Shown piece after piece: positions 1 through 10,567 of a stretch of DNA of 64,000 nt; positions within the stretch are counted from its first letter, which is position 1; each line of letters starts with the position of its first letter. The position numbers and the translations under genes were made by a program. The notes beneath the pieces were generated by a model, which made no database searches, was not told the DNA's origin, and saw only the letters and a program-made list of their open reading frames with translations. Source of the stretch: Sphingobacteriales bacterium (GTDB taxonomy: Bacteria > Bacteroidota > Bacteroidia > Chitinophagales > UBA2359); contig JADJTG010000014.1 in assembly GCA_016711285.1 (NCBI GenBank), positions 311,333 to 375,332 on the forward strand, written 5' to 3'.

Positions 1-1886
1 AAATAAGCCGCTTCTTTCAGGCTCTCTACATTAATATATGCCAGCACTTTATCATCATTCGGTAGGTTGATGAGATTTTGAATGGCGCGCCCTTTGGATA
101 TTTTTGTACCTTCCGGCACCTGATAGGCTTTCATCCAAAAGCAACGTCCTTTCTCTGTAAACAGCAATAAGTAGTTGTGATTTTTGGCAATAAAGATGTT
201 TTCAATAAAATCTTCTTCGCGCGTGTTGCTGCCCTTTGAGCCTTTGCCGCCTCGGTTTTGTTCGCGGTATTCGGCGAGCAGGGTACGTTTTACATAGCCC
301 AAATGCGAAATGGTAATTGCTACCTCCTCATTCGGAATAATATCTTCCATAGAGATTTCGCCATCTTCGTAGTTGATTTCCGTGCGGCGAGCATCACCGT
401 AGTTGCTTTTGAGTTCCAGCAATTCTTTTTTGATAATCTCGGTGCGGAGGTGGCGGTGCTCCAATATATCTTTTAAATTGGAGATGAGGTTCAACAACTC
501 GGCATACTCATTGCGTATTTTATCGCGCTCCAATCCGGTGAGGCGTTGCAGACGCATTTCCAAAATCGCTTTGGCTTGGGCTTCCGACAAATAATAAATG
601 TCTTTGGCTTCTATTTTCATCATTTCCAATACCAAAGATTCGGTAGGATTAAAAGCCTTTGCCATCAAAGCTTCGCGGGCTTCGTCGGGCGTGCGCGAGC
701 GGCGAATCAGTTCTATTACTTCATCTAAATCATCTAAAGCCACCAAAAAACCCTCCAAAATATGTGCTCTTTCAAGAGCCTGACGCAATTCGTATTGGGT
801 GCGGCGCATCACTACTTCGTGCCGAAAATCCACGAAATACGAAATAAGTTCCTTCAAACTCAACTGACGCGGTCTGCCGTTCACCAAACATATATTGTTG
901 ATGCCATAAGAGGTTTGCAGCGAAGTAAAGCTATACAGTTGGTTCAGCACCACACTCGGCACGGCATCGCGTTTTAGTTCATACACAATGCGCATACCTT
1001 CGCGGTCGCTTTCGTCACGCAGGTCGCTGATACCTTCTATTTTTTTGTCGGTGATGAGTTCGGCTGTTTTTTGAATGAGTTGCGCCTTATTTACCTGATA
1101 CGGAATTTCGGTTACTACGATGCGCGAGCGTCCGTTGGCAGTTTCTTCAATTTCGGCTTTTCCGCGCAGCACCACACGACCGCGACCGGTTTTGTAAGCC
1201 TCTGCTATTTCACCTACACCCAAAATAATGCCGCCGGTCGGAAAATCAGGAGCCGGAATATGGCGCATCAATTCCATCAGCGATATATCTTCGTTGTCAA
1301 TATAGGCGATGATGCCGTTTATAATTTCGTTGAGGTTATGGGGCATCATATTGGTAGCCATACCTACGGCGATACCCGAAGCTCCGTTTACCAACAAATT
1401 GGGGAGGCGCGAAGGGAGTACGCTGGGTTCTTCGAGCGAGTCGTCGAAGTTGAGCGTAAAATCTACTGTTTCTTTGTCTATGTCTGATAAAATTTCTTCA
1501 GCGATGCGACTGAGACGGGCTTCGGTATAACGCATAGCGGCGGGGCTGTCGCCATCCACCGAGCCGAAGTTTCCCTGTCCGTCCACGAGCGTATAGCGCA
1601 AAGACCAGTCCTGTGCCATACGTACCATTGTATCATATACGGAGGCATCGCCGTGTGGGTGATATTTACCCAAAATTTCCCCTACAATACGCGCCGACTT
1701 TTTGTGCGGGCGGTTGTGATATACGGAAAGTTCGTTCATTCCGAACAATACGCGGCGATGCACCGGCTTCAAGCCATCGCGTACATCGGGCAATGCACGC
1801 GATACAATTACAGACATAGAATAATCAATATAGGCGGACTTCATTTCGTCTTCTATATTGACCGATATAATTTTATCTTCTGACAT
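1..1886 (-). CDS. gyrA: DNA gyrase subunit A, N-terminal ~628 codons (3' part lies beyond the window edge)
   Basis: The reverse-strand frame is open from the window edge to ATG at complement(1884..1886). It is absent from the ORF track, presumably because it is edge-truncated. My translation reads [50 protein letters not shown]...[26 protein letters not shown]...[23 protein letters not shown] (catalytic Tyr motif). The + strand ORFs 258..1883 are antisense shadows. Confidence 0.95.
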   Translation of the reverse strand, partial: MSEDKIISVNIEDEMKSAYIDYSMSVIVSRALPDVRDGLKPVHRRVLFGMNELSVYHNRPHKKSARIVGEILGKYHPHGDASVYDTMVRMAQDWSLRYTLVDGQGNFGSVDGDSPAAMRYTEARLSRIAEEILSDIDKETVDFTLNFDDSLEEPSVLPSRLPNLLVNGASGIAVGMATNMMPHNLNEIINGIIAYIDNEDISLMELMRHIPAPDFPTGGIILGVGEIAEAYKTGRGRVVLRGKAEIEETANGRSRIVVTEIPYQVNKAQLIQKTAELITDKKIEGISDLRDESDREGMRIVYELKRDAVPSVVLNQLYSFTSLQTSYGINNICLVNGRPRQLSLKELISYFVDFRHEVVMRRTQYELRQALERAHILEGFLVALDDLDEVIELIRRSRTPDEAREALMAKAFNPTESLVLEMMKIEAKDIYYLSEAQAKAILEMRLQRLTGLERDKIRNEYAELLNLISNLKDILEHRHLRTEIIKKELLELKSNYGDARRTEINYEDGEISMEDIIPNEEVAITISHLGYVKRTLLAEYREQNRGGKGSKGSNTREEDFIENIFIAKNHNYLLLFTEKGRCFWMKAYQVPEGTKISKGRAIQNLINLPNDDKVLAYINVESLKEAAY

Positions 1887-2264
1887 TCAGTTTATTAATT
1901 AGGAGGTCAAAGATATAAAAAAAATGTTTTTTTATCTAATAAGAAGCAGAGCAGAGTTTGAAAAATAATAGCACAGGCATCTTTTAAAGTAAAAACCCTT
2001 ACAGAAAAAGAACAGGAATTATGTTTAAAAGTTCTTTTTACAGATAGTCTAAAAAATGAAGCCCTCATTTTTCTTATTTTATACCTCTCCCCTCCTCCTT
2101 TTGAATTTCTATACCGTTTTTTGATTTTTAGAATTTTTTTATATTTTGTTCATTTTTAAAGTATGTTCAAAATTAATGAATTTATTAATTATTTGTTTTT
2201 AAATATATTTAAAGATTAGCAATAAAGAACTTTGTTCCGTCTTTTTATCCATACAATAAGTTAT

Positions 2265-2272
2265 TATCTTTG
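2265..2272 (+). promoter_or_regulatory. Candidate Bacteroidota -7 promoter box (TAtcTTTG) upstream of thrB
   Basis: Exact match to the TAnnTTTG consensus described for Bacteroidetes sigma-A promoters, 41 nt upstream of ATG 2313. Confidence 0.4.
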
Positions 2273-2312
2273 CAGCATAGATTTTTATATTATTAACATA
2301 ATATTATTTATC

Positions 2313-3266
2313 ATGACAATGCGTGTATGTGCTTTTGCTCCGGCATCGGTAGGTAATGTAACTTGCGGTTTTGACATTTTGGGTATGGCTCTGCAAGCTC
2401 CGGGTGATGTGGTTTCGGTTTCTTTCAGCAACACCAACGAAGTTCGTATTGTGTCGCTGCAAGGTGATGGCGGCAAGCTCTCGCGGGCGGCGGCAGAAAA
2501 TACGGGCAGCATCGCTGTGCTGGCAATGCAAAAATTCCTCCGCGAGCAACGCGGCGTGGATATAGCCATAGAAAAAAACATGCCGCTGGGCAGTGGTATG
2601 GGCAGCAGTGCCGCCACCGCCGTAGCTGCTGCTTTGGCTTATAATCATTTGCTGGGCACCCCCCTATCAAAACAAGAACTGATACCTTTTGTATTGGAAG
2701 CCGAAGCCTTTGCCAGTGGCAGCGTACACGGCGACAACGCCATTCCCGCGCTACTCGGCGGTATTGTGCTGATACGCAGTTGCGAGCCTTTAGATATAGT
2801 GTGTCTGCCCGCTCCCGAACAGTTGCATTATGCCCTCTCCCACCCCGATTTGGTGGTGCTGACCAAAACCGCCCGCCAACTCATTCCGCAGCAAATTAAT
2901 ATGTACGATACCCTCGCACAAATGGGAAATATTGCGGCTTTTGTAGATGCTCTCCACCGCGCTGACTACACACAGTTGGCGAGCAGCCTCCACGACCGCC
3001 TCGCCGAGCCGTACCGCACACCGCTTATTCGCGGGTTCGGCGCAGTAAAGGAAGCGGCTCTTGCAGCAGGAGCTTTACACTGCGGCATTTCGGGCAGCGG
3101 TCCTTCGGTTTTTTCTTTGTGCAATGATGCCGCCATTGCCCAACGCGCCGCCGAAGCAATGCAAAACGCTTTTGAACAAACGGGTATTGACAGCGAAATA
3201 TATTACGGAAAAGTAAATACGCAGGGGGCGTATATTTTGCCGACTCCCGCCCTATCGGATATTTAG
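2313..3266 (+). CDS. thrB: Homoserine kinase (GHMP kinase family)
   Basis: N-terminus MTMRVCAFAPASVGNVTCGFDILG and the GHMP motif PLGSGMGSSAATAVAAA. I prefer ATG 2313 over the extended track start at 2232, whose N-terminus is AT-rich and non-conserved-looking. Confidence 0.88.
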   Translation: MTMRVCAFAPASVGNVTCGFDILGMALQAPGDVVSVSFSNTNEVRIVSLQGDGGKLSRAAAENTGSIAVLAMQKFLREQRGVDIAIEKNMPLGSGMGSSAATAVAAALAYNHLLGTPLSKQELIPFVLEAEAFASGSVHGDNAIPALLGGIVLIRSCEPLDIVCLPAPEQLHYALSHPDLVVLTKTARQLIPQQINMYDTLAQMGNIAAFVDALHRADYTQLASSLHDRLAEPYRTPLIRGFGAVKEAALAAGALHCGISGSGPSVFSLCNDAAIAQRAAEAMQNAFEQTGIDSEIYYGKVNTQGAYILPTPALSDI

Positions 3267-3322
3267 CAAGCAGTTTTTTCTACCTTTATTGCAAATTAAT
3301 TTGTAAAATACACAAATTTGTG

Positions 3323-3330
3323 TATTTTTG
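3323..3330 (+). promoter_or_regulatory. Candidate -7 promoter box (TAttTTTG) upstream of rpmE
   Basis: TAnnTTTG match 73 nt upstream of ATG 3403. Confidence 0.35.
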
Positions 3331-3402
3331 CGCCCTCATTTCAGCCTATATTTCGTGTAGGCTGTTTGTTTTCTGATACAAAAATTTAAAAGCAATTATA
3401 CA

Positions 3403-3649
3403 ATGAAAAAGAATACACACCCCAAAAGTTATCGTCCGGTAATATTTAAGGACATTTCGTGCGATTATTCCTTTTTAGGTCGCTCTACGATGGATACTAA
3501 AGAAACCATCGTATGGGAAGACGGCAATGAATATCCTTTGATTAAATTGGAGATTTCGAGTGCCTCGCACCCTTCTTTACGGAAAAATGCAATTTATTGA
3601 TACAGCAGGACGTATCGACAAATTCAATAGAAAATACGGTAAAAAATAA
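3403..3649 (+). CDS. rpmE: 50S ribosomal protein L31 (type B-like), reading frame interrupted near 3575-3590
   Basis: [57 protein letters not shown] matches L31. The track ORF stops at 3600, but another frame continues [22 protein letters not shown] to 3649, which is the conserved L31 C-terminus. The total of 247 nt is not a multiple of 3. Restoring one T (TT to TTT) and one G (GG to GGG) gives HPFFTGK. Confidence 0.85.
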
Positions 3650-3680
3650 AAAAAAGTTTTTATCCGGTTTATTCATCTTA

Positions 3681-3720
3681 AAGAGCCTTTTTTGCTATGT
3701 TGGTAAAAAAGGCTCTTTTT
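3681..3720 (+). terminator. Rho-independent terminator after rpmE
   Basis: Inverted repeat AAGAGCCTTTTTT ... AAAAAAGGCTCTT followed by a T-run. Confidence 0.7.
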
Positions 3721-3767
3721 ATTTTGGTAGCTTAAATTTCAAACTCATGAATTATAGAAATTGATTA

Positions 3768-3960
3768 CTTCTTTGCAAAGCCCTATCACAGCTGGGAAAG
3801 AGGAGCAAATAAAAATTTTAATAGACTTGTAAGACAGTATTTTTCGAAAGATTACGACTTTTATCTAATTTTAGAAAAAATATTCCATATATATATGAAA
3901 TAAACGCAACAACAGACCAAGAAAAAAATTGGGATTCTTAACCCCGAATCAAGTACATTT
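3768..3960 (+). pseudogene. IS30-family transposase, C-terminal remnant only (stop and frameshift)
   Basis: Translation FFAKPYHSWERGANKNFNRLVRQYFSKDYDF resembles the IS30 block (PY.SWeRG.NEN.NGLiRqyfPK). A second frame gives TKKKIGILNPES, resembling the RPRKxLGfxTPxE tail. There is no upstream catalytic region. Confidence 0.6.
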
Positions 3961-4068
3961 ACATTTAATTATCAACAAAAGACAAGTTGCATTTATCACT
4001 TGAATCTACTTTTTTGGCTTAACGGCATTTCGTTTTATCCAAATTATGCAACTTATAATATTAGATTA

Positions 4069-6072
4069 ATGAAAAAAGAGTTATTAACTTTTATAGTGTT
4101 TTTTATAAGTTTTTTTGTAAAAGCACAAACACAATTTTGTGCCTCAACTGAAATTCATAATCATTTAAAAAATACAGATGTTAAGTATTTCAGTAAATAT
4201 AACGAAGCACAACAAAAAATGTATCAGTCTTTGGCTTCAAATAGAAATACAAACAATACAACAGTTTATACCATACCTGTTGTTGTACACGTTGTGCATA
4301 CTGGCGAAGCCATTGGTACTATTAACAATCCTTCGGATAGTCAAATTCAGAATTATATCACTATGCTCAACCAAGCATATTCGGCAACTTTTCCAAATTA
4401 TCCTGATACGTCAAGTGGTGGGTTAGATATTGGTATTCAGTTTGTTTTAGCACAAAGAACTCCAAATTGCACTGCTACTAACGGTATAAATAGAATAAAT
4501 GCTTCTGCCGATACAACCTATGCTACCTATGGCGTTAAATGGAATGATAATGACGCTGGCATTTCTCGCTTTGATTTAGCGAATATGGCATTTTGGGACA
4601 ATAGAGATTATTTGAATTTATGGTTAGTAAATAATATAACAGGTTGGATTGCTGGTTTTGGAATTTATCCAATATCTGGTTATAACTTTGCTGATGGTGT
4701 AGTTATAGAAAGTAATGATGTAAGTATTTCAAATCCTTATTTAGTAGCACACGAATTTGGACACGCTTTTGATTTAAGACACACATTTGAGGGGTCATAT
4801 AATAGTGTTTGTTCAATAAATAATAATTGCAGTACAGATGGAGATATGGTCTGTGATACAGCACCAGTTATTGAAAATTACAACTGTGATATTAATGAAA
4901 ATAATGTTTGTACTAATACTCCTATTGGTATGCTTTCATATAACTATATGAGTTACGCTTGTCACCAATTATTTACTCAAGGTCAAAAAGATAGAATGAG
5001 AAACGCCTTATTAATTTTAAGACCCACTTTGATAACTTCATTAGGAGGTTTACCTCCTCCTCAAGTTACTCCGAGCATTAATATCTCAACAAATAGTAAT
5101 ACCATTTGTCAAGGACAAACTATTACTTTTTCCACTAATATTTCAAATGGTGGTAGCTCCGCTACTTATCAATGGTATGTAAACAACAATATTGTGGGTT
5201 CTAATTCTAACACATTTTCATTCGTGCCAAATAATAATGATGTGGTTTATTGTAAATTAACTTCAAGCGATTTTTGTGTACTTTCTCAAAATGTAAATAG
5301 CAATTCAATAACCGTTAGTGTTAATCCAACCGTACAATTATCAGCAAATCTAACATCAAGTGCAACAACAGTATGTCAAGGAACACAAGCTACAGCAACA
5401 GTTTCAAGTAATGGTTTCAACAATCCTTCTTACACTTGGTATATTAATCTATCACCTATATCAACTACAACTATTCCCTCTTTTAGTTTTTATCCTACAA
5501 ACTATGAAACCTTGTTTTGTAAAATTACAGAAAACAATCCCACAAATTGCCAATCGGACACTTTTATAAATTCTAATCTTATATATTATGTAGCCATTCC
5601 GCAACCAACACAACCTTTAGTTCTCCAAATAGACAATTACCTTAAAGTTACAAACTATTTAGATGGTCAAGGTCAATGGTATAGTGGTAGTACAACTCAA
5701 CCAATAGCAGGTGCTACAAACCAAATTTACTATCCAACAGCATCAGACTTGTATTATTATGTCGTTAATAATAATGGTTGTTTTAATCAATCTCCTTATA
5801 TTCAATTTACCTACCTTTCAATTGATGAAGTAGAAATAAATAGTAATTTTAGAATTTATCCAAATCCATCTGATAACATTTTAAATATTGATGTGCTCAA
5901 TAAACAAATTTACAAAATAGAATTTTTTGATTTACAGGGTAGATTATTAAAAACAATAAAAGAAAATAAAGAAAAATATCAAATTGATATTTCAAATTTT
6001 ACATCGGCAACATATCTTTTAAAGATAAGTACCGAGAAAGGCAGTCAATCTGTAAAAATTATCAAAAAATAA
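4069..6072 (+). CDS. Secreted M43 (cytophagalysin/pappalysin-like) zinc metalloprotease with T9SS C-terminal sorting domain
   Basis: Signal peptide MKKELLTFIVFFISFFVKAQ, metzincin site VAHEFGHAFDLRHTF followed by GDMVCDTAP. C-terminus FRIYPNPSDNILNIDV...ATYLLKISTEKGSQSVKIIKK is typical of type A T9SS CTDs. The gene is visibly AT-richer than its neighbours. Start moved to ATG 4069 (in frame with the track ORF). Confidence 0.8.
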   Translation: MKKELLTFIVFFISFFVKAQTQFCASTEIHNHLKNTDVKYFSKYNEAQQKMYQSLASNRNTNNTTVYTIPVVVHVVHTGEAIGTINNPSDSQIQNYITMLNQAYSATFPNYPDTSSGGLDIGIQFVLAQRTPNCTATNGINRINASADTTYATYGVKWNDNDAGISRFDLANMAFWDNRDYLNLWLVNNITGWIAGFGIYPISGYNFADGVVIESNDVSISNPYLVAHEFGHAFDLRHTFEGSYNSVCSINNNCSTDGDMVCDTAPVIENYNCDINENNVCTNTPIGMLSYNYMSYACHQLFTQGQKDRMRNALLILRPTLITSLGGLPPPQVTPSINISTNSNTICQGQTITFSTNISNGGSSATYQWYVNNNIVGSNSNTFSFVPNNNDVVYCKLTSSDFCVLSQNVNSNSITVSVNPTVQLSANLTSSATTVCQGTQATATVSSNGFNNPSYTWYINLSPISTTTIPSFSFYPTNYETLFCKITENNPTNCQSDTFINSNLIYYVAIPQPTQPLVLQIDNYLKVTNYLDGQGQWYSGSTTQPIAGATNQIYYPTASDLYYYVVNNNGCFNQSPYIQFTYLSIDEVEINSNFRIYPNPSDNILNIDVLNKQIYKIEFFDLQGRLLKTIKENKEKYQIDISNFTSATYLLKISTEKGSQSVKIIKK

Positions 6073-6321
6073 ATATTTAAAGAATATTTCGTTATTTCGT
6101 CTATATAGAAAGAAATCAAACGCTTTAAGTCGGTTAATATTAAAGCGAGCTACGATTACTACCTCTCACCAATTTCACCACCTTACAAATATACGCAATT
6201 TACAAAATATTTACAACAACCCATTTTGTTTTTTTATTTTTCATTGAACGATAAACAGTTTCCGAAAAAAACTGTCCGGTTTTAGTGGATATTTCTAATT
6301 TTATGCTTAAATAAGAAAAAA

Positions 6322-7038
6322 ATGACCCGTTTAAGTGTAAATATCAACAAAATAGCTTTGCTGCGCAATGCGCGGGGCGGAAATGTACCCGATTTAATCG
6401 CCGCCGCCCTGAATTGTGAGCGTTTTGGCGCAGAGGGCATCACCGTACACCCGCGACCCGATGAACGACATATCCGCCGCAGCGATGTGTATGCCCTGAA
6501 AACGGTACTGCACACAGAATTTAATATAGAGGGCTATCCCGATCGCGCTTTTTTAGATATGTTGCGCGAGGTGCGTCCGGCGCAAGCTACTTTGGTGCCC
6601 GACCCACCGCAGGTACTCACTTCCAACGCTGGCTGGAACAGCATCGCACAGCAGGCATTTTTGAAAGATTGTGTAGCGGAACTGCACAGCTACGGCTGTC
6701 GGGTGTCTTTGTTTATAGAAACCGACCCGCACCTCTTAGATGCCGCCAAAAGCACCGGAGCCGACCGCGTGGAGTTTTACACCGGTCCTTACGCCGAACA
6801 ATATGATTCGCTATCGTCCGAAATTGCCGTAGCTCCCTATCGCGAAGCTGCCCGCCACGCCGAGCATATCGGCTTGGGCATCAATGCGGGGCACGACCTC
6901 AACTTGCGCAATTTGCGTTTTCTAAAACAACAGCTGCCCCATTTGCTGGAGGTTTCTATCGGACAGGCACTCATTGCCGATGCGCTGTATTATGGCTTGG
7001 AAAATACTATCCAAATGTACAAACGCTGTTTAGTTTAG
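6322..7038 (+). CDS. pdxJ: Pyridoxine 5'-phosphate synthase
   Basis: [22 protein letters not shown]...[13 protein letters not shown]...GINAGHDLN are hallmark PdxJ blocks; the length of 238 aa fits. Confidence 0.92.
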   Translation: MTRLSVNINKIALLRNARGGNVPDLIAAALNCERFGAEGITVHPRPDERHIRRSDVYALKTVLHTEFNIEGYPDRAFLDMLREVRPAQATLVPDPPQVLTSNAGWNSIAQQAFLKDCVAELHSYGCRVSLFIETDPHLLDAAKSTGADRVEFYTGPYAEQYDSLSSEIAVAPYREAARHAEHIGLGINAGHDLNLRNLRFLKQQLPHLLEVSIGQALIADALYYGLENTIQMYKRCLV

Positions 7039-7050
7039 TTTTTTCTTACG

Positions 7051-7692
7051 ATGAATATTCCTTACATCGTCATTGACCGCCAACAGTGGCATCGCCGCGC
7101 TATCTTCGAGTTTTTCAGTACTTATCAAAATCCTTTTTTTCAGTATCACGGCACAGGTGCGTGCGGAGATTTTTATTATTTTTGTAAAAAAAGAAATTTT
7201 CCTTTCAGTTTGGCATTGGTGTATGCTTCCAACAAAAGTGCGGAGCGCGTGGCGGCTTTTCGGCAACGGGTGGCAGGAAACGAAATCAGAGAGTACGATT
7301 ATTTAGATGCGGGACTGACGAAATTGCGCGATGACGGCAGTTTTTATTTTTCGCACCTCAGCAGGCAGCCTTCTTTGGAGCAATTTGTGGCACAAAAGGC
7401 TGCTTTTCATACGCCCGCAGCAAATTTTGACGAAAATGGCGATGTAATGTCTATGATTCATTATACCATTTTGCCCTGGATTGCTTTTCAGTCTATGCAA
7501 CACGCCTACCGCGATGCACAGGATACTGTACCCAAAATAGCCTTCGGAAAACTGCACAGCAATACCGCAGATACTGCTGTTTTGTGTCTGCCGGTGTCGG
7601 TTCAGTTGCACCACAGTTTGGCTGATGGTTTGCATGTGGCGCAATATTTTGAAGAATTTGAAAAAATTATGTCGGAAATTGCAACAAATTAA
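7051..7692 (+). CDS. Chloramphenicol acetyltransferase (CAT, type A) family protein
   Basis: IDRQQWHRRAIFEFF at the N-terminus and LPVSVQLHHSLADGLHVAQYFEEF at the C-terminus (compare the HHAVCDGFHV catalytic-His block of CATs); 213 aa. The substrate cannot be inferred. Confidence 0.7.
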   Translation: MNIPYIVIDRQQWHRRAIFEFFSTYQNPFFQYHGTGACGDFYYFCKKRNFPFSLALVYASNKSAERVAAFRQRVAGNEIREYDYLDAGLTKLRDDGSFYFSHLSRQPSLEQFVAQKAAFHTPAANFDENGDVMSMIHYTILPWIAFQSMQHAYRDAQDTVPKIAFGKLHSNTADTAVLCLPVSVQLHHSLADGLHVAQYFEEFEKIMSEIATN

Positions 7693-7724
7693 GCATTTTT
7701 GTTCTTGATGAAGTATAGAAACTC

Positions 7725-8600
7725 ATGCCTTATTTACACGATTTTTTAATTATCCTCAGTGCTGCATTAGCGGCGGCTTGTTGCGGCTTGTTGGGCTGCT
7801 ACCTGATGCTACGCCGTATGGTGATGAGCGGCGATGCCATTTCGCATGCGGTGCTGCCGGGTATTGTGATAGCCTATTTGGTCAGTGGCTCGCGCACTTC
7901 TTTTTCGGCAATGCTGGGCGCAATGGTATTTGGTGTGTTGTGTACTTTTCTGATTGAATTTTTGCACCGCCGGCTGCGCATACAAGAAGATGCTTCTATC
8001 GGAGTGGTGTTTACGTTTTTATTTGCTGTGGGCATTATATTATTGTCTTTATTCGCGGGGCAAGTGGATTTAGACCAAGATTGCGTACTGAACGGCGAAC
8101 TGACTTTTGTGCCAATAGATGTGTGGATATATGAGGGCAATGTGATGGGTCCGCGTGCGGTATGGATTTTGGGTGCTTTGCTGGCGGCATTGATTATTTT
8201 TATCAAAATGGGCTATAAAGAGTTACTTATCACTACTTTTGATGCAGAATATGCAAGCTCTATCGGTATTAACACTACTTTGTGGCATTATTTGCTGATG
8301 GGTACAGTGTCGGCAACTACAGTGTTGTCGTTTGAGTTGCTGGGTTCTATTTTGGTAGTAGCTTTTATGACAATACCGCCGGCAACGGCTTATTTGCTCA
8401 CCAATAAATTATCGCTGATGTTTCTGATAACGATAGCCGTGGGCAGCATAGCGGCGGTGGCAGGATATGGACTTGCCAAAATGTGGGATACTTCGGTGGC
8501 GGGCAGCATTACAGTAGTCATGGGAATTATATTTGCCGCCGTGCTGCAAGTTCATCATATTGCACGCTCAAAAAAAGTAGTTTCGCCGGAAGAAACCTAG
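7725..8600 (+). CDS. ABC-3 family metal (Mn/Zn/Fe-type) ABC transporter permease
   Basis: Polytopic membrane protein with GDAISHAVLPGIVIAYL and other ZnuB/MntB-like blocks. No cognate ATPase or binding protein is adjacent. Confidence 0.75.
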   Translation: MPYLHDFLIILSAALAAACCGLLGCYLMLRRMVMSGDAISHAVLPGIVIAYLVSGSRTSFSAMLGAMVFGVLCTFLIEFLHRRLRIQEDASIGVVFTFLFAVGIILLSLFAGQVDLDQDCVLNGELTFVPIDVWIYEGNVMGPRAVWILGALLAALIIFIKMGYKELLITTFDAEYASSIGINTTLWHYLLMGTVSATTVLSFELLGSILVVAFMTIPPATAYLLTNKLSLMFLITIAVGSIAAVAGYGLAKMWDTSVAGSITVVMGIIFAAVLQVHHIARSKKVVSPEET

Positions 8601-8726
8601 TGTTTTTTTGTTGATGAACGAATTGAGTTTTTTTAAAAAAATAAACACTTTAAATACACCATATTTAATTTTTCTCTTTTTACTATTTTATCTTCATAAA
8701 AAAAAACAGATTTATAACGGCACTAT

Positions 8727-9704
8727 ATGGCGACACCTGCACCTTTCCGAACAACATTAACCGATATGCTGAATATTCAATATCCGATTATTGTAGCACC
8801 GATGTTTTTAATATCCAATACCGCTATGGTAAAAGCCGCCACCGATGCGGGTATCACGGCAGCCATTCCGGCTCTTAATTATCGCAGCGACCGCGAATTT
8901 CGGCAGGCGTTGGAGGAGTTGCGCCAATATTCCAATGCTCCCTTTGGCATCAACCTCATCACCAATCCTTCCAACCCGCGCTACCCCGAACAGCTGCAAA
9001 CCTGCATAGATTATAAAGTAGATTTTATTATTACCTCTTTGGGCAATCCGCAAAAAGTGATAGACGCTTGTCGTCCGCAGGGTATGCGGGTATTTTGCGA
9101 TGTGGTAAATGCCGAGCACGCCGAAAAAGCAGTAAAAGCAGGCTGCGATGCTCTCATTGCCGTAAATTCGGAAGCGGGCGGACACTTGGGCAATATGAAA
9201 GCAGCGGAGTTAATTCCCTTGCTGAAAAAGAACTTTGATGTTCCGGTTATATCGGCGGGCGGTGTAGGAACGGGCAGCGGTATTATGGAAAAAATAAAAA
9301 TGGGCGCAGCAGGTGTATCGATGGGCAGCATTTTTATTGCCACCAACGAAGCCCCTGTTACGCAAGCCTACAAACAAGCCTGTGTAGATTACAAAGCCAA
9401 AGACATCACCATAACGACCAAACTGTCGGGTACGCCCTGCACGGTTATCAATACCGACTATGTAAAAGAAATCGGCACGAAACAAAACTGGTTAGAAACC
9501 TTACTCAACCGCCACAAAAGTTTAAAGAAATACGCCAAAATGCTCACCTTTATGCGCGGTATGAAAAGCCTCGAAAAAGCGGCTTTCGGTGCTACCTACA
9601 AAAATGTATGGGTGGCGGGAGCGTCCATAGAGCATGTACACAACATAGAGCCGCTGCAAAAAGTGGTGGAAAGGTTGGTGCAAGAAATGAAAGCAAACGT
9701 ATAA
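8727..9704 (+). CDS. Nitronate monooxygenase / FabK-like FMN-dependent oxidoreductase (NPD family)
   Basis: YPIIVAPMFLISNTAMVKAATDAGITAAIPALNY, AVNSEAGGHLG and SAGGVGTGSG blocks are typical of the 2-nitropropane dioxygenase family. Confidence 0.75.
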   Translation: MATPAPFRTTLTDMLNIQYPIIVAPMFLISNTAMVKAATDAGITAAIPALNYRSDREFRQALEELRQYSNAPFGINLITNPSNPRYPEQLQTCIDYKVDFIITSLGNPQKVIDACRPQGMRVFCDVVNAEHAEKAVKAGCDALIAVNSEAGGHLGNMKAAELIPLLKKNFDVPVISAGGVGTGSGIMEKIKMGAAGVSMGSIFIATNEAPVTQAYKQACVDYKAKDITITTKLSGTPCTVINTDYVKEIGTKQNWLETLLNRHKSLKKYAKMLTFMRGMKSLEKAAFGATYKNVWVAGASIEHVHNIEPLQKVVERLVQEMKANV

Positions 9705-9733
9705 TAACATAATGATTTTAATAAAAAAGTAAA

Positions 9734-9741
9734 TACCTTTG
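9734..9741 (+). promoter_or_regulatory. Candidate -7 promoter box (TAccTTTG)
   Basis: TAnnTTTG match 80 nt upstream of ATG 9821. Confidence 0.3.
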
Positions 9742-9820
9742 CAAAGCCGTTTCAAAAAAAACGGTGACGTTTTATCTCATTTTTAAAAAAAATAACAACA
9801 ACATTATTCTACGAAGAACA

Positions 9821-10336
9821 ATGAAAAAAATACTTGCAATAGCTATACTCTGTATGTTGCCTTTGATAAGTGCAGCAGCGCAGGATACTAAAAGTTTTGC
9901 CGTGCGCGGCGATGTGGTCAGCCTCACACCTACAAGTTATACCATAGAATATTACTCCCTCAGCCAAGCCAACGAAGGAGAGCCTTTGGCGAAGATTTTT
10001 TTGAGTGGCAATGGCAAAGGCGAATTGTCTTTTTATAATGATAATGCGCGTTTGGCGGGCAAACAACTCAATGCCGATTTTGACAAAAATAGCACGATTC
10101 ATCTGGCATTGCCTTTGAGTCAGTTGGATAATATTCTGACGCATTTGGATAAAAGAGGTCGCCTTGAATTGTCGCTGAACCGCAGCAACAAAGAAGCGAG
10201 CCTTTCGGTACAAGGCAGTGTGGGCACGGGCAGCAATCCGTTTCAGGCTATCAATGGCAGCCGCCTCCCCTCCGCTTCGCCTTCCGGAAAACCCGCCGCC
10301 GCTCCCGCCAACTCGCTGAAACGCGAAGGAAAGTAA
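9821..10336 (+). CDS. Hypothetical secreted protein
   Basis: Signal peptide MKKILAIAILCMLPLISAAAQD and a Pro/Ala-rich C-terminus. Preferred over the fully overlapping antisense ORF 9809..10360, which has no signal or motif. Confidence 0.55.
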   Translation: MKKILAIAILCMLPLISAAAQDTKSFAVRGDVVSLTPTSYTIEYYSLSQANEGEPLAKIFLSGNGKGELSFYNDNARLAGKQLNADFDKNSTIHLALPLSQLDNILTHLDKRGRLELSLNRSNKEASLSVQGSVGTGSNPFQAINGSRLPSASPSGKPAAAPANSLKREGK

Positions 10337-10567
10337 GATTATCCGTTTATCTCTGCGCAACTCTTTTGAAACACAATTTTATTGGCAGCCACCTTCACCA
10401 AAATAAATGGCAGAAGGTGGCTGCTTTGCTTAAAATTTAAACAGTACATTTGCCGACAAAACATTATTTTTGTTGCTTTGTTATCCTAAAAATTGCCCCC
10501 AACAGCATTTTTTTTTATCTCAGAAAAAAACATTCCATTCAAAATAATAATATCCACCTGTACAAAG

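Noticed and set aside
258-1883. Cluster of short overlapping + strand ORFs (258..476 through 1653..1883).
   Set aside because: All lie antisense to a continuous, strongly conserved gyrA reading frame on the reverse strand. They have no motifs and overlap each other.
7073-7306. Possible compensated frameshift at the start of the CAT-like gene (alternative frame reads FFSITAQV after a T7 run at ~7134-7140).
   Set aside because: The alternative frame resembles the P.F.iT..vDvT block of CATs only weakly, and I cannot place the return shift with confidence. The annotated frame is kept.
9809-10360. 183-aa reverse-strand ORF fully overlapping 9821..10336.
   Set aside because: The + strand ORF has a clean signal peptide and a TAnnTTTG box upstream. 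The minus ORF is Arg/Gly-rich shadow-like sequence.
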